A DNA stretch of 42,294 bases from an uncultured Alcaligenaceae bacterium. Its GTDB lineage: Bacteria > Pseudomonadota > Gammaproteobacteria > Burkholderiales > JACQAP01. The notes under the pieces were generated by a model. It ran no database searches. It had not been told where the DNA came from and worked only from the letters and a program-made list of their open reading frames with translations. The stretch lies in NCBI GenBank assembly GCA_964650365.1, contig CAZYTR010000207.1:1-42294 (forward strand). Reading direction: 5' to 3'. This document shows positions 20,114 through 31,467 of the stretch, piece by piece; position 1 is the stretch's first letter; each line of letters opens with the position of its first letter. Position numbers and translations under genes: made by a program.

Positions 20114-21256
20114 ATGCCACCCGAAGGTTCCGTCGGCGTCGTCAGCCCGAAACTTGCGCACTTCGATGATCCGATCGCGCTCAGGAGCGGCGCGCGCCTG
20201 GTGTCGTACGACCTCGCCTATGAAACCTACGGCACGCTCAACGCCGCGCGCGACAACGCGGTGCTGGTTTGCCACGCGCTGAACGCCTCGCACCATGTCG
20301 CCGGGGTCTACGCTGACGAACCGGAAAACGTCGGCTGGTGGGACAACCTGATCGGCCCGGGCAAGCCGGTGGATACAAAGCGCTTCTTCGTCGTCGGCGT
20401 CAATAACCTCGGTGGCTGCCACGGATCCACCGGCCCTTCCAGCATCAATCCCGAAACCGGCAGGCCGTGGGGTGCGGATTTTCCGGTGGTGACGGTGGAC
20501 GACTGGGTGGAAGCGCAAGCACGGCTGGCCACACGGCTGGGCATCGAACGCTTTGCCGCTGTCATGGGTGGGAGCCTCGGCGCGATGCAGGCGCTGCAGT
20601 GGGCCATCAGCCAGCCGGAGCGCGTGCGTCATTCCATCGTGATTGCTGCCGCGCCCAGGCTTTCGGCGCAGAACATTGCCTTCAACGAGGTGGCGCGCCA
20701 GGCGATCACCACCGATCCGGATTTCCACGGGGGTAATTACTACTCGTACGGGGTGATACCGAGGCGGGGGCTTCGCATCGCCCGCATGATCGGGCACATC
20801 ACCTATCTGTCCGATGACGTGATGGCGGAGAAATTCGGCCGCGAATTGCGCGAAGGCGCGTTCAAGTTCAATTTCGACGTCGAATTCCAGATCGAGTCTT
20901 ACCTGCGCTACCAGGCCGACCGATTCGCAGAACGCTTCGACGCCAACACTTATTTGCGTATCACCAAGGCGCTCGACTACTTCGACCCGGCTGCCGCCTG
21001 CGGCGGCGATCTGTCTGCAACGTTGAAACCCGCGAAGGCGGGATTCCTGTTGGTGTCGTTCACTTCGGACTGGCGTTTTTCGTCGGCGCGTTCACGCGAG
21101 ATCATCAAGGCGCTGGTGGACAATCGCCTGAACGTGAGCTATGCGGAGATAGACGCGCCGCACGGCCACGACGCGTTCCTGATGGACGATCCGCGCTACC
21201 ACAAACTCATACATACCTACTTCAGCAATATCGTCCTGCAGGGCGCGGGAACATGA
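20114..21256 (+). CDS. metX: Homoserine O-acyltransferase, MetX family (acetyl versus succinyl specificity not decidable here)
   Basis: The 380-aa alpha/beta hydrolase has the nucleophile elbow [21 protein letters not shown] and a C-terminal HGHDAFL. It is followed by metW with an ATGA overlap. Confidence 0.9.
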   Translation: MPPEGSVGVVSPKLAHFDDPIALRSGARLVSYDLAYETYGTLNAARDNAVLVCHALNASHHVAGVYADEPENVGWWDNLIGPGKPVDTKRFFVVGVNNLGGCHGSTGPSSINPETGRPWGADFPVVTVDDWVEAQARLATRLGIERFAAVMGGSLGAMQALQWAISQPERVRHSIVIAAAPRLSAQNIAFNEVARQAITTDPDFHGGNYYSYGVIPRRGLRIARMIGHITYLSDDVMAEKFGRELREGAFKFNFDVEFQIESYLRYQADRFAERFDANTYLRITKALDYFDPAAACGGDLSATLKPAKAGFLLVSFTSDWRFSSARSREIIKALVDNRLNVSYAEIDAPHGHDAFLMDDPRYHKLIHTYFSNIVLQGAGT

Positions 21257-21873
21257 GCGCGGCAGCAACCCTTGCCGCGCTGTCCGGCCGTTCCGACTTT
21301 GCCGCGATCGCGAAGTGGATCAAACCCAATGCGCAGGTACTCGACCTCGGTTGCGGCGACGGATCGTTGCTGCGCCACTTGATGCAGGCGCGCGGGGTGA
21401 CCGGTTACGGCATCGAGATAGACGATGCCAAGGTGCTGGCCTGCGTGCGCAACGGCGTGAACGTGCTGCAGAACGACCTTGAGTCGGGCCTGTCGGGCTT
21501 CGAGTCGAATTCCTTTGATTACGTGATCCTGTCGCAGACGCTGCAGGCGGTGCGCCACACCGAACGCATCCTCAAGGACATGCTTCGAGTCGGCCGCGAG
21601 GGCATCGTCACGTTTCCGAACTTCGGCTACTGGCGGCATCGGCTGCAGATTCTGGCCGGGCGCATGCCGGTGTCCAGGGAACTGCCTTACGAGTGGTACG
21701 ACACCCCGAACATCCACCTTTTCACCATCAGGGATTTCGAGGCTTACTGCAGAACCCACGGCGTGCGTATTCTCGAACGCTTGGTGATGGACGACGCCAA
21801 GCCGGTGAACGTGCTGCCCAACCTGCTGGGCTCGCTCGCGGTCTTCCGCTTCGACGCGGGTTCGCGCGTGTAG
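21253..21873 (+). CDS. metW: Methionine biosynthesis protein MetW
   Basis: The 206-aa product has the SAM-methyltransferase-like motif [12 protein letters not shown] and the FPNFG.WR.R region typical of MetW. It is translationally coupled to metX. Confidence 0.85.
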   Translation: MSAAATLAALSGRSDFAAIAKWIKPNAQVLDLGCGDGSLLRHLMQARGVTGYGIEIDDAKVLACVRNGVNVLQNDLESGLSGFESNSFDYVILSQTLQAVRHTERILKDMLRVGREGIVTFPNFGYWRHRLQILAGRMPVSRELPYEWYDTPNIHLFTIRDFEAYCRTHGVRILERLVMDDAKPVNVLPNLLGSLAVFRFDAGSRV

Positions 21874-21880
21874 CGGCGAA

Positions 21881-23317
21881 TTACCTGCCGGCCTTGCGTG
21901 GTCCTGTGCTGGTATGGGAGCGAGCCGCCAGCCACACCAGCACCAATACCGGCAGGCCGAGTATCGCCGTGCCGGTGAAAAACGCCTCGTAGCCGAAGGT
22001 ATCCACCGCCAGGCCTGACCAACCCGCGATGAACTTCGGCAGCAGCAGCATGATCGAGCTGAACAGCGCGTATTGAGTGGCCGAATAGGCGACGTTGGTG
22101 AGCCCCGACAGATAGGCTACGAAGGCCGCGCTGGCGATGCCGGCGCTGAGGTTGTCCGCGGAAATCACCAATATCAGGCTGCCGATGTCGTGCCCGCGCG
22201 TGGTGAGCCAGGCAAACAGCAGATTGGTCGCCGCCGACAACAGCGCACCCACGAACAATACCCGCATGACCCCCAGGCGCAGGCTCAGCACCCCGCCGAT
22301 CACTGCGCCCACCAGCGTCATGATCACACCGTAGACGCCGGACACTGCCGCCACCTCGTCCTTGGTGAATCCCATGTCGCGGTAGAAGGGATTGGACATC
22401 ACACCGAGCACAATGTCGGAGATGCGGTAAGTTGCGATCAGCGCGAGCAACAACATCGCGTGCCAGCGATAGCGCAATACGACATCCAGAAACGGGCTTG
22501 CCACCGCCGAATAGAACCAGGCCACCAGCCGCGCCAACGGTGCGGGAAGCGGACCGGACTCAAACCGCACCGCGGCATGCCGTTCGCGTTCGCGCGTCTC
22601 GGCCGGGACGCTGGTCGCGGGTTCGCGCGAGAACAGCACGGTGAGAACGCCGACCGCCATCAGCGCTGCCATCACCAGATAGGCGATAACCCAGGGCGCA
22701 TGCTGATAGGTCTGCTCGTCCGCATCGAGGGCTGCCGCGATCCACAGCGCTCCCGCCGAAGCGCAAATCATCGCCGCGCGATAGCCCACCTGATAGGCCG
22801 CCGCCATCGCGGCCTGCAGCGCCTGCTCAGCGGACTCGATGCGAAAGGCATCGAGCGCAATGTCCTGTGTGGCGGACGCAAAGGCGACCAGCAGGGCGAG
22901 AAGCACCAGGCGTTCGAGATGCGAAACCGGATCGGTGACCGCCATACCGGCCAGGCCGATCATGATGGCGAACTGCGAAAACAGCAGCCAGCTGCGACGC
23001 CGCCCGAGAATGCGAGTAAGCCAGGGCAGCGGCAACCGGTCCACCAGCGGCGCCCATACCCACTTGAAGGCATAAGCGAGTCCCACCCAGCTCAGGAAAC
23101 CGATGGTCGTGCGGTCGATGCCGGACTCGCGCAACCGGTAGGACAGGGTTCCCAGCACCAGCAGCAACGGCAGGCCGGCGGAAAACCCCAGCAGCACCAT
23201 GCGTGCGACGCGCGGCTCGCCATAAACGGCAAAATCGCGGACCCAGCGGCGCACACGCTCAAGTGTGCTCACCGGTCTTGCCTCGCGCGCGGCCGTCTCG
23301 TCAGAGCGCGAAGTCAT
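21881..23317 (-). CDS. ampG: AmpG family muropeptide MFS transporter
   Basis: The 478-aa product has LGFSAGLPLLL..GTL..RL...GID..TIGF.S.VGLAYAFKW.WAPL.DR...P.....GRRRSWLL, which closely parallels E. coli AmpG. The rest is multi-TM. Confidence 0.85.
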   Translation of the reverse strand: MTSRSDETAAREARPVSTLERVRRWVRDFAVYGEPRVARMVLLGFSAGLPLLLVLGTLSYRLRESGIDRTTIGFLSWVGLAYAFKWVWAPLVDRLPLPWLTRILGRRRSWLLFSQFAIMIGLAGMAVTDPVSHLERLVLLALLVAFASATQDIALDAFRIESAEQALQAAMAAAYQVGYRAAMICASAGALWIAAALDADEQTYQHAPWVIAYLVMAALMAVGVLTVLFSREPATSVPAETRERERHAAVRFESGPLPAPLARLVAWFYSAVASPFLDVVLRYRWHAMLLLALIATYRISDIVLGVMSNPFYRDMGFTKDEVAAVSGVYGVIMTLVGAVIGGVLSLRLGVMRVLFVGALLSAATNLLFAWLTTRGHDIGSLILVISADNLSAGIASAAFVAYLSGLTNVAYSATQYALFSSIMLLLPKFIAGWSGLAVDTFGYEAFFTGTAILGLPVLVLVWLAARSHTSTGPRKAGR

Positions 23318-24074
23318 AATCGATGATAAGAGGTGCGTGGTCGCTGAAACGCTGCGCCTTGTAGATCGCGGCGCTTCTGGCTTTGGCAGCGATACCGGGC
23401 GTGGCGAGCTGATAGTCGATGCGCCATCCCACGTTATTGGCCCAGGCCCGGCCGCGGTTGGACCACCAGGTGTATTGCTCCGGTTCCTGGTTGAGGCGGC
23501 GAAATACGTCCACGTACCCGAGCTTGTCGAGTACGCCGGAAAACCACTCGCGCTCCTCAGGCAGGAAGCCCGAGTTCTTCTGGTTGGAGCGCCAGTTCCT
23601 GAGGTCTATTTCCTTGTGTGCGACATTCCAGTCGCCGCAGAGAATGACGTCCCGGCCGCTTTGCGCAAGCCTGTGCAGCGGCGCGATGAAACGCTCCATG
23701 AAACTGAACTTGATTGCCAGACGCTCGGGCGAACTCGATCCGGACGGAACATATACAGAGACGATGCTGAGATTGCCGAACTGTGCCTCGATGTAACGGC
23801 CTTCGGCATCGATGTCGGGAATGCCGAGGCCTTCGATCACGCGATCCGGTTTCCTGCGGCAATAGATGCCCACACCGCTATAGCCGGGCCGATCGGCACA
23901 ATGAAAGTAGCCGCGGTATCCGCCGGGGTTACGGATCGCCTCGCCGAGGTCGCGGTCCTGCGCCTTGATCTCCTGGTCGCAAATCGCGTCGGCCGCCTGC
24001 GCGGACATCCACTCGAGAAAGCCTTTGTTGACTGCCGAACGTATGCCGTTTAGATTTAGGGAGACAATTCGCAC
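23301..24074 (-). CDS. xthA: Exodeoxyribonuclease III
   Basis: This is an EEP-fold nuclease. The N-terminus (M)[12 protein letters not shown] aligns with E. coli MKFVSFNINGLRA, and WWS.R......N.GWRIDY and SDHAP are also present. The track start is TTG 24083. GTG 24074 fits the family N-terminus better. Confidence 0.85.
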   Translation of the reverse strand: MRIVSLNLNGIRSAVNKGFLEWMSAQAADAICDQEIKAQDRDLGEAIRNPGGYRGYFHCADRPGYSGVGIYCRRKPDRVIEGLGIPDIDAEGRYIEAQFGNLSIVSVYVPSGSSSPERLAIKFSFMERFIAPLHRLAQSGRDVILCGDWNVAHKEIDLRNWRSNQKNSGFLPEEREWFSGVLDKLGYVDVFRRLNQEPEQYTWWSNRGRAWANNVGWRIDYQLATPGIAAKARSAAIYKAQRFSDHAPLIIDYDFAL

Positions 24075-24082
24075 GACGGGCA

Positions 24083-24727
24083 ATGAAAAATTTCAGGCAG
24101 GAGTTTATTGAATTTGCCTTGGCCCGCGGCGTTCTCTGCTTCGGCGAGTTCAAGACCAAGGCCGGGCGTCTGTCGCCTTACTTCTTCAACGCCGGTTTGT
24201 TCAACGACGGCGAGGCGCTGCGAAAGCTCGGGCAATTCTACGCCAAAGCCATTGTCGCCGCCGATTCCGCCTTCGACATGCTGTTCGGTCCGGCTTATAA
24301 GGGCATCCCCCTGGTTTCCGCCACCGCGGTTGCGCTTGCCGAAATTGGGCGAAATTTGCCGTTCTGCTTCAATCGCAAGGAAGCCAAAGACCACGGTGAA
24401 GGCGGCACGACTGTTGGCGCACCGCTCGCCGGGCGGGTGCTGATCATCGACGACGTCATTTCCGCGGGCACTTCAGTGCGCGAATCGGTGCAGATCATTC
24501 GCGCGGCCGGCGCGGCGCCCTGCGGCGTGGTCATTGCACTCGACCGGATGGAGCGGGGCAGCGGCTCGCAGTCCGCTGCCGAGGAAGTGCGAAACGAGTT
24601 CGGCATTCCTGTGGTCAGCATCGCCACGGTCGAGGACCTGACTGTATTTCTGCGCGCCCGCGTGGATATGGCACGGCACTTGCAGGCGGTCGAACGCTAC
24701 CGCAAGGAGTACGGGATATCCGCATGA
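24083..24727 (+). CDS. pyrE: Orotate phosphoribosyltransferase
   Basis: The 214-aa product has F..FA......FGEF.....GR.SPYFFN and the PRPP-binding motif [13 protein letters not shown]. Confidence 0.9.
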   Translation: MKNFRQEFIEFALARGVLCFGEFKTKAGRLSPYFFNAGLFNDGEALRKLGQFYAKAIVAADSAFDMLFGPAYKGIPLVSATAVALAEIGRNLPFCFNRKEAKDHGEGGTTVGAPLAGRVLIIDDVISAGTSVRESVQIIRAAGAAPCGVVIALDRMERGSGSQSAAEEVRNEFGIPVVSIATVEDLTVFLRARVDMARHLQAVERYRKEYGISA

Positions 24728-25356
24728 AGGTCATTCGTTTGCTGGTGAGCCTGACAATAGCCGCGGTGCTGGCCGTTCCGGCAATGGCGCAGAAGAAACC
24801 CAAACCCGGTGGTTCCGGCCCGGTCATGTACAAGTGTGTGGACAGCCGCGGCATGGCTTACTACTCGGACAAACTGACACCGGAATGTAACCAGGTGGAG
24901 GAGATGAATCGTCAGGGCAGAGTGGTGAAGAAGCACGAAACCGCCAAGCCGGACGTGGCGCAAAAGCCGACGGCGGATCAGGAGGGCGCGCGCAAGGACT
25001 CGGCTGAAAAGCAACGCCGCGATCGTGCCCTGATCGCGACCTACACTTCGGAAGAGGAGATTGACCTGGCGCGCGACAACAGCTTGACGATTCCGTTGCA
25101 GGCGTCAAAGACGGCCGAAAACAGGCTGACAAAGGCGAATGCGCAGCTTTTCGATCTGAAGACGCAGGCGAACGCCCTGGCGGGAAAGCAGAAAGCGATC
25201 CCGCCGCATCTGCTAGAAGAAATCGACGCCAAGCAGAAGGAAATTTCGGCGATCGAGGCCGAGTTGCAGCAGAAAAAGAACTTTGCTGAGTCGATACGCG
25301 CCAGATACGAAGCCGACAAACTGCGTTACCGCGAACTGAAGACGGCCGGCAAATAG
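24724..25356 (+). CDS. DUF4124 domain protein with signal peptide and C-terminal coiled coil
   Basis: It has the signal peptide [26 protein letters not shown]...YSD...P.C is the DUF4124 hallmark. The charged, heptad-like C-terminal half looks like a coiled coil. It overlaps pyrE by ATGA. Confidence 0.6.
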   Translation: MKVIRLLVSLTIAAVLAVPAMAQKKPKPGGSGPVMYKCVDSRGMAYYSDKLTPECNQVEEMNRQGRVVKKHETAKPDVAQKPTADQEGARKDSAEKQRRDRALIATYTSEEEIDLARDNSLTIPLQASKTAENRLTKANAQLFDLKTQANALAGKQKAIPPHLLEEIDAKQKEISAIEAELQQKKNFAESIRARYEADKLRYRELKTAGK

Positions 25357-25363
25357 GCGCTGT

Positions 25364-26791
25364 TTATCCCAATCTTTTCTTCAGTATCTCGTTGACCTGG
25401 GCGGGATTGGCCTTGCCCTTGGTGGCTTTCATCACCTGGCCCACCAGCGAGTTGAAGGCCTTCTCCTTCCCGCTCCTGTAATCCGCAACCTGCTGCGGGT
25501 TGGCGGCAAGCACTTCGTCCACGATCTTCCCGATCGCGCCCGAGTCGGAAATCTGCTTCAGGCCCCGGCGCTCGATGATCTCGTCGGCGCCGCCTTCTCC
25601 AGCCCACATCGCGTCGAATATTTCCTTGGCAATCTTGCCGGAGATGGTGCCGTCGGCAATTCGCGCCAAAAGGCCGGCCAGCGCGTCGGGTGCAATCGGT
25701 GCCTGCGAAACATCCAGGCCCACTTTGTTGAGCCGCGCGGACAATTCACCCATGACCCAGTTGGCGCAGAGTTTGGGGTCATTGGGCAGCCTTGCCAGAA
25801 TGCGCTCGAAGTAATCCGCGATTTCACGGCTGGAGGTGAGCGCCGCCGCATCGTATGGCGTAAGGCCAAATTCGCGCGGGTAGCGCTCGCGCTTGGATTG
25901 CGGCAGTTCGGTCAGCCCCGATTTCACTTCATCGATCCAGGACTCGCTTACCTCCAGCGGCAACAAATCGGGGTCGGGGAAGTAGCGGTAGTCGTGCGCA
26001 TCTTCCTTGGAGCGCATGGCACGCGTCTCGCCCGTATCCGGATCGAACAGGACCGTCGCCTGTTCGATGCGCCCGCCGTCTTCCAGCGTCTCGATCTGCC
26101 ACTTAGCTTCGTATTCGATCGCCTGCTGCAGGAAGCGGAAGGAATTCAGATTCTTGATCTCGCGGCGCGTGCCCAGCGGCGCGCCCGGGCGGCGCACCGA
26201 AACGTTGGCGTCGCAGCGAAAAGACCCTTCCTGCATGTTGCCGTCGCAGCTGTCTATCCAGCGCACCAGCGCATGCAGCGCCCTGGCATAGGCGAGCGCC
26301 TCTTCCGCAGAGCGCATATCCGGCTCCGTAACGATTTCCAGCAGCGGCGTGCCGGCGCGATTCAGGTCTATTCCGGTCATCCCGTGGAAGTCCTCGTGCA
26401 AAGACTTGCCGGCGTCTTCCTCGAGATGGGCACGGGTCAGGCGCACGACTTTTTCGCCGTCCTTCAGGTGGATGGCAAGGCTGCCGCCCTGCACGATGGG
26501 AATTTCGTACTGGCTGATCTGGTAGCCCTTGGGGAGGTCGGGGTAGAAGTAGTTCTTGCGCGCGAATATCGAGCGGCGATTGATGGTGCCGCCGACCGCC
26601 AGCCCGAAACGGATCGCCCGCTCCACCGCGCCCTTGTTGAGCACCGGCAACGTGCCTGGCATCGCCATGTCGATCGCGCAAGCCTGGGTATTGGGCACCG
26701 CGCCAAACGCAGTTGATGCCCCCGAGAATATCTTCGAGCGCGTCGACAGCTGCGCGTGGGTCTCGATGCCTATGACGATTTCCCATTCCAT
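25364..26791 (-). CDS. gatB: Asp-tRNA(Asn)/Glu-tRNA(Gln) amidotransferase subunit B
   Basis: The 475-aa product starts MEWE.VIG.E.H.QL.T.SKIF, has NRAG.PL.EIV.EPD and ends in a YqeY-like tail. Confidence 0.95.
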   Translation of the reverse strand: MEWEIVIGIETHAQLSTRSKIFSGASTAFGAVPNTQACAIDMAMPGTLPVLNKGAVERAIRFGLAVGGTINRRSIFARKNYFYPDLPKGYQISQYEIPIVQGGSLAIHLKDGEKVVRLTRAHLEEDAGKSLHEDFHGMTGIDLNRAGTPLLEIVTEPDMRSAEEALAYARALHALVRWIDSCDGNMQEGSFRCDANVSVRRPGAPLGTRREIKNLNSFRFLQQAIEYEAKWQIETLEDGGRIEQATVLFDPDTGETRAMRSKEDAHDYRYFPDPDLLPLEVSESWIDEVKSGLTELPQSKRERYPREFGLTPYDAAALTSSREIADYFERILARLPNDPKLCANWVMGELSARLNKVGLDVSQAPIAPDALAGLLARIADGTISGKIAKEIFDAMWAGEGGADEIIERRGLKQISDSGAIGKIVDEVLAANPQQVADYRSGKEKAFNSLVGQVMKATKGKANPAQVNEILKKRLG

Positions 26792-26805
26792 ACGCTATCG
26801 CTCGG

Positions 26806-26854
26806 GTGAGGCGTGAGGCGTGAGGCGTGAGGCGAGAGGCGTGAGGCGAGAGGC
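26806..26854. repeat. Solo tandem heptamer array (GTGAGGC x5 interleaved with GAGAGGC x2) in the gatA-gatB spacer
   Basis: Seven contiguous 7-nt units were counted directly. The unit is the same as in the arms of element E3 and in the polA internal array. I found no complementary arm nearby. Confidence 0.9.
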
Positions 26855-26864
26855 GTTCATTGTT

Positions 26865-28316
26865 CTAAATCCCCGGGGGCAGCCGCTTGTGCCAGTCGGT
26901 CGCCTGCTGGTAGCGGTGCGCGGCACCGAGCAGCCTGGCTTCCTCGAAATAATTCGCCATCAACTGCAGGCCGACCGGGCGGTTCTTCGCACCGAAGCCG
27001 CAGGGAATGCTCATCCCCGGAATGCCGGCGAGGCTGCCGGGGATGGTGTACAGGTCCGACAGGTACATCGCCACCGGATCGGCGGCCTTCTCGCCGAAAC
27101 CGAACGCCACGCTGGTGGTGACCGGCCCGGCGATCAGATCGCAATCTCGGAAGGCGCGCTGGAACTCGTCGGCGATGATCCGGCGCACCTTCTGCGCCTG
27201 GATGTAGTACGCGTCGTAGTAGCCATGCGACAGCACGTAGGTGCCGATCAGGATGCGGCGTTTGGGTTCCGGACCGAAACCTTCCGAGCGCGACTTCTTC
27301 ATCATGTCGATAAGGTCGGCGTAGTGCGCTGCGCGGTGGCCGTAGCGCACACCGTCAAAGCGGCTCAGGTTCGAGGAACATTCCGCCGGGGCGATCACGT
27401 AATAGACCGGGATGCCGAGCGCTGCGTTCGGAAGCGAGATGTCCACCAGCTTCGCGCCGAGTTTGACGTACTCGGCTAGCGCCTCCCGCACTGCCCTTTG
27501 AACGTCGGCCTGCAGACCCTCGCCGAAAAACTCCCTCGGCACGCCGATGCGCAGGCCCTTGAGGTCGAGGCCGAGGGAGCGGGTGTAGTCCTCAGGAGCG
27601 CGCTCGACGCTGGTCGAATCCTTCGGATCGAAACCGAGCATGGCGTTGAAAATCAGTGCCGCATCCTCGGCCGAACGGGTCATGATGCCTGCCTGGTCCA
27701 GGCTGGAGGCGAACGCGATCATGCCCCAGCGCGAGGCGCGGCCGTAGGTTGGCTTGATGCCGGTAATGCCCGAAAACGCCGCCGGCTCGCGAATGGATCC
27801 GCCGGTGTCGGTAGCCGTTGCTGCCGGGGTGATTCTCGCTGCGACCGCCGCCGCCGAACCACCCGAGCTTCCGCCCGGTACCGCGGAGTTGTCCCAGGGG
27901 TTGAGCACGTTGCCGTAATGGCTGTTCTCGTTGGACGAGCCCATCGCGAACTCGTCGCAGTTGAGCTTACCGAGCGCGACCATCCCGGCGTCCGCCAGTC
28001 TTTCCACGACCGTGGCATCGAACGGGCTCATGTAGCCTTTGAGCATCCGCGACGAGGCGGTCGAAGGGAAATCGCGTGTCACGAAGATGTCCTTGTGTGC
28101 GATCGGCACGCCCGTCAGCGGCGTCGCGTCGCCTTTGGCTATGCGCGCGTCGGCCGCGCGCGCCTGAGCCAGCGTGACTTCCGGACGTACGTCCAGAAAG
28201 GCGTTGAGGTTCCTGTGGCTTTCGATGCGTTCGAGGAAAAGCCGGGCAAGTTCAACGGCGGAAACTTCCCTGGCAATCAGCGCGCGGCCCAGCTCGGCCA
28301 CCGACTTTTGGAACAT
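26865..28316 (-). CDS. gatA: Asp-tRNA(Asn)/Glu-tRNA(Gln) amidotransferase subunit A
   Basis: The 483-aa product carries the amidase signature [13 protein letters not shown]...DTGGSIR.PA and the KD.F motif typical of GatA. Confidence 0.95.
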   Translation of the reverse strand: MFQKSVAELGRALIAREVSAVELARLFLERIESHRNLNAFLDVRPEVTLAQARAADARIAKGDATPLTGVPIAHKDIFVTRDFPSTASSRMLKGYMSPFDATVVERLADAGMVALGKLNCDEFAMGSSNENSHYGNVLNPWDNSAVPGGSSGGSAAAVAARITPAATATDTGGSIREPAAFSGITGIKPTYGRASRWGMIAFASSLDQAGIMTRSAEDAALIFNAMLGFDPKDSTSVERAPEDYTRSLGLDLKGLRIGVPREFFGEGLQADVQRAVREALAEYVKLGAKLVDISLPNAALGIPVYYVIAPAECSSNLSRFDGVRYGHRAAHYADLIDMMKKSRSEGFGPEPKRRILIGTYVLSHGYYDAYYIQAQKVRRIIADEFQRAFRDCDLIAGPVTTSVAFGFGEKAADPVAMYLSDLYTIPGSLAGIPGMSIPCGFGAKNRPVGLQLMANYFEEARLLGAAHRYQQATDWHKRLPPGI

Positions 28317-28326
28317 CGCGCGGCCC

Positions 28327-28614
28327 CTATTCGATGACCTTGGGCACGAGAAACAGGCCGTTCTGTTGCGCTGGCGTGTTCCTCATGTTGGCCTCGCGGT
28401 CCTCCGGGGCGATGGCCAGGTCTTCGCGCAGCCGCTGCGAACCGCCGAGCGGGTGAGACATCGGTTCGATCCCGGTGGTGTCCACGGATTGCAGCTGCTC
28501 GATGAGCTTGAAGATGTCGTTGAGCTGCCCGAGCGCCAACCGGGCTTCGGCATCGGTCACCTCCATGCGCGCGAGATGAGCAATGCGCTTGACGTCGCTG
28601 AGAGTAAGTGCCAT
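28327..28614 (-). CDS. gatC: Asp-tRNA(Asn)/Glu-tRNA(Gln) amidotransferase subunit C
   Basis: The track ORF is 138 aa. The internal ATG at 28614 gives a 95-aa product, [19 protein letters not shown], with canonical GatC length and N-terminus. It lies 10 nt upstream of gatA. Confidence 0.9.
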   Translation of the reverse strand: MALTLSDVKRIAHLARMEVTDAEARLALGQLNDIFKLIEQLQSVDTTGIEPMSHPLGGSQRLREDLAIAPEDREANMRNTPAQQNGLFLVPKVIE

Positions 28615-28725
28615 TTCGTGGGAGGCTTCCGTGGTCGCGGTCGGGTTCAGGGACGGGACAGGAAGGAGGACCGCAGGGCCGCTGGCCGCACCCTGGGGGC
28701 TCCCGGGAAACCCGCTTTTCGTTAA

Positions 28726-29829
<1,104 letters not shown>

Positions 29830-29832
29830 CTT

Positions 29833-29978
29833 GGAGGTGAGGCGTTAGGCGTGAGGCGAAGAAAGCCTAGCCCTGCAAGAAATTCCAGTTCTGTTGGGGC
29901 CTGCTACCATCTTTTCTACTGGTAATGCTGATTTTGCCCCTGACGTCCGTCGCCTCACGCCTATCGCCTTACGCCTCC
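29833..29978. repeat. Composite hairpin element E3 (units GTGAGGC / GCCTCAC) filling the mreB-mreC spacer
   Basis: The left arm, 29833-29858, is GGAGGTGAGGCGTTAGGCGTGAGGCG. The reverse complement of the right arm, 29951-29978, is GGAGGCGTAAGGCGATAGGCGTGAGGCG. The centre is 92 nt. Confidence 0.9.
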
Positions 29979-29990
29979 CCCTCATCCCTG

Positions 29991-30893
29991 ATGGAGTACA
30001 CCCCACAGCCGTTTTTCAAACGGGGCCCCAGCCTCCTTGCAAGACTGTCATTCTTCGCGCTGCTCTCCCTGATCCTGTTGTACGCCGACGCGCGCTTCCA
30101 CTACATGGAAGGGATGCGCAAGGCGGTTGGCGTGGTGCTCTATCCTCTGCAGAGAATTGTGGACGTGCCGGGAAAAGTCGCGTCCGGCATCGGCAGCTTC
30201 TTTGTCAGCCAATCCTACCTGCAACGGGAGAACGAGCGCCTCGGGCGCGAGAATTTCCTCAACGCCGGGTTATTGCAGACGCAGCAGGAACTGATCGCCG
30301 AGAATCGTCACCTGCGCGAGCTGCTGGACATGAAGGCTCGCGCCGGACAAACCTCGGTGGCGGCAGAGATCCTCTACTTCGGCCGCGATCCGTTCAGCCG
30401 CAAGGTGATCATCGATAAGGGCTCGTCGCACGATGTCGAGGAAGGCGCGGCCGTAATTGACGATACCGGCCTGATCGGTCAGGTGAGCCGGGCTTTTCCC
30501 TGGACCGCGGAAATCGCCCTGATCTCCGACCGCGAACAGATCGTCCCGGTCCAGGTGGTGAGAAACGGCCTGCGTGCCGCGGTTTTTGGCGCCGGCTATG
30601 ACGGCGCGCTGGACCTGCGCTTCATGCCGGTCAACGTCGACATAGAGAACGGTGACCTGCTGGTGACCTCCGGCATCGACGGCGTCTACCCGGCCGGACT
30701 GCCGGTGGCGATGGTTTCAAACATAGAGCGCAACGCCGCTTACCCTTTTGCGCGCATCACCTGTACTCCCGCCGCCGGCGTCAACCGCCACCGCCAGGTC
30801 CTGGTTCTCTCCAGGCTGGCGCCGCTGCCAGACTACCCTCCCCCGGCCCAGCAAAAGAAGGCCAAGCCGCGCAAGTCGCGGAGGGACGGATGA
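29991..30893 (+). CDS. mreC: Rod shape-determining protein MreC
   Basis: The track ORF starts at 29925, inside the repeat. The ATG at 29991 gives MEYTPQPFFKRGPSLLARL, a TM segment, then a coiled coil (LQRENERL..EN) and the beta-barrel region. Its position is between mreB and mreD. Confidence 0.85.
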   Translation: MEYTPQPFFKRGPSLLARLSFFALLSLILLYADARFHYMEGMRKAVGVVLYPLQRIVDVPGKVASGIGSFFVSQSYLQRENERLGRENFLNAGLLQTQQELIAENRHLRELLDMKARAGQTSVAAEILYFGRDPFSRKVIIDKGSSHDVEEGAAVIDDTGLIGQVSRAFPWTAEIALISDREQIVPVQVVRNGLRAAVFGAGYDGALDLRFMPVNVDIENGDLLVTSGIDGVYPAGLPVAMVSNIERNAAYPFARITCTPAAGVNRHRQVLVLSRLAPLPDYPPPAQQKKAKPRKSRRDG

Positions 30894-31423
30894 TGCGCGG
30901 CTCTGCTTTCAGCAACCTTTCGACCGGGGAGATCCTGCGCCCGATCAGACCGCTGTACGTTGCCCTGACCCTGGTTGCGGCGCTGTTGCTGAACCTGATG
31001 CCGCTCAGCGGCTGGGTGTTGGTGCTTCGCCCGGATTTCGTGGCCCTGACATTGCTGTACTGGGGAATCAACCAGCCGCGCAAGGTCGGGTTTTTCCCTG
31101 CCTGGCTGCTCGGCCTGGCAGTGGACGTGGCCGATGGCAGCCTGTTCGGGCAGCACGCTCTTGCCTACTCGGTGATGATGTTCAGCGCCATTGCATTGCA
31201 CAGGCGCGTGGCGATGTTCGGTGTGCGCCATCAGATGCTGCACGTGCTGGCGATCCTCCTGCTGATGCAAGCGATCGTGCTGGCGGTGCGGGCAGCGGCG
31301 GGCGGCGAGTATCCGGGTTGGTGGTATTTCATTCCCAGCGTAATCGGCGCGCTATTGTGGCCGGTAACCCGGTTTGTGTTCACGATCCCGCTGCGATCGA
31401 GGCGGGATCCGGACGAGATGTAA
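30890..31423 (+). CDS. mreD: Rod shape-determining protein MreD
   Basis: The 177-aa polytopic membrane protein overlaps mreC by ATGA and has the canonical operon position. Confidence 0.8.
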   Translation: MMRGSAFSNLSTGEILRPIRPLYVALTLVAALLLNLMPLSGWVLVLRPDFVALTLLYWGINQPRKVGFFPAWLLGLAVDVADGSLFGQHALAYSVMMFSAIALHRRVAMFGVRHQMLHVLAILLLMQAIVLAVRAAAGGEYPGWWYFIPSVIGALLWPVTRFVFTIPLRSRRDPDEM

Positions 31424-31467
31424 GGCGTCCACCTCACATGCGCCTGGCGACATTTCCCGGAACGACG

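Noticed and set aside
26806-26854. Whether the tandem short repeats here and at 11075-11130 could be CRISPR arrays.
   Set aside because: The period is 7 nt with no spacers. CRISPR repeats are about 24-48 nt and separated by unique spacers. No cas genes are present.
30748-31467. Long N-terminal extensions in the ORF track: mrdA from 30748, the membrane protein gene from 13132, the serine hydrolase from 3650, gatC from 28743, mreC from 29925, lptE from 19491 and rlpA from 34624.
   Set aside because: The extensions overlap upstream genes or run through the repeat elements. Internal starts give canonical N-termini (signal peptides, lipoboxes, family-typical first residues).
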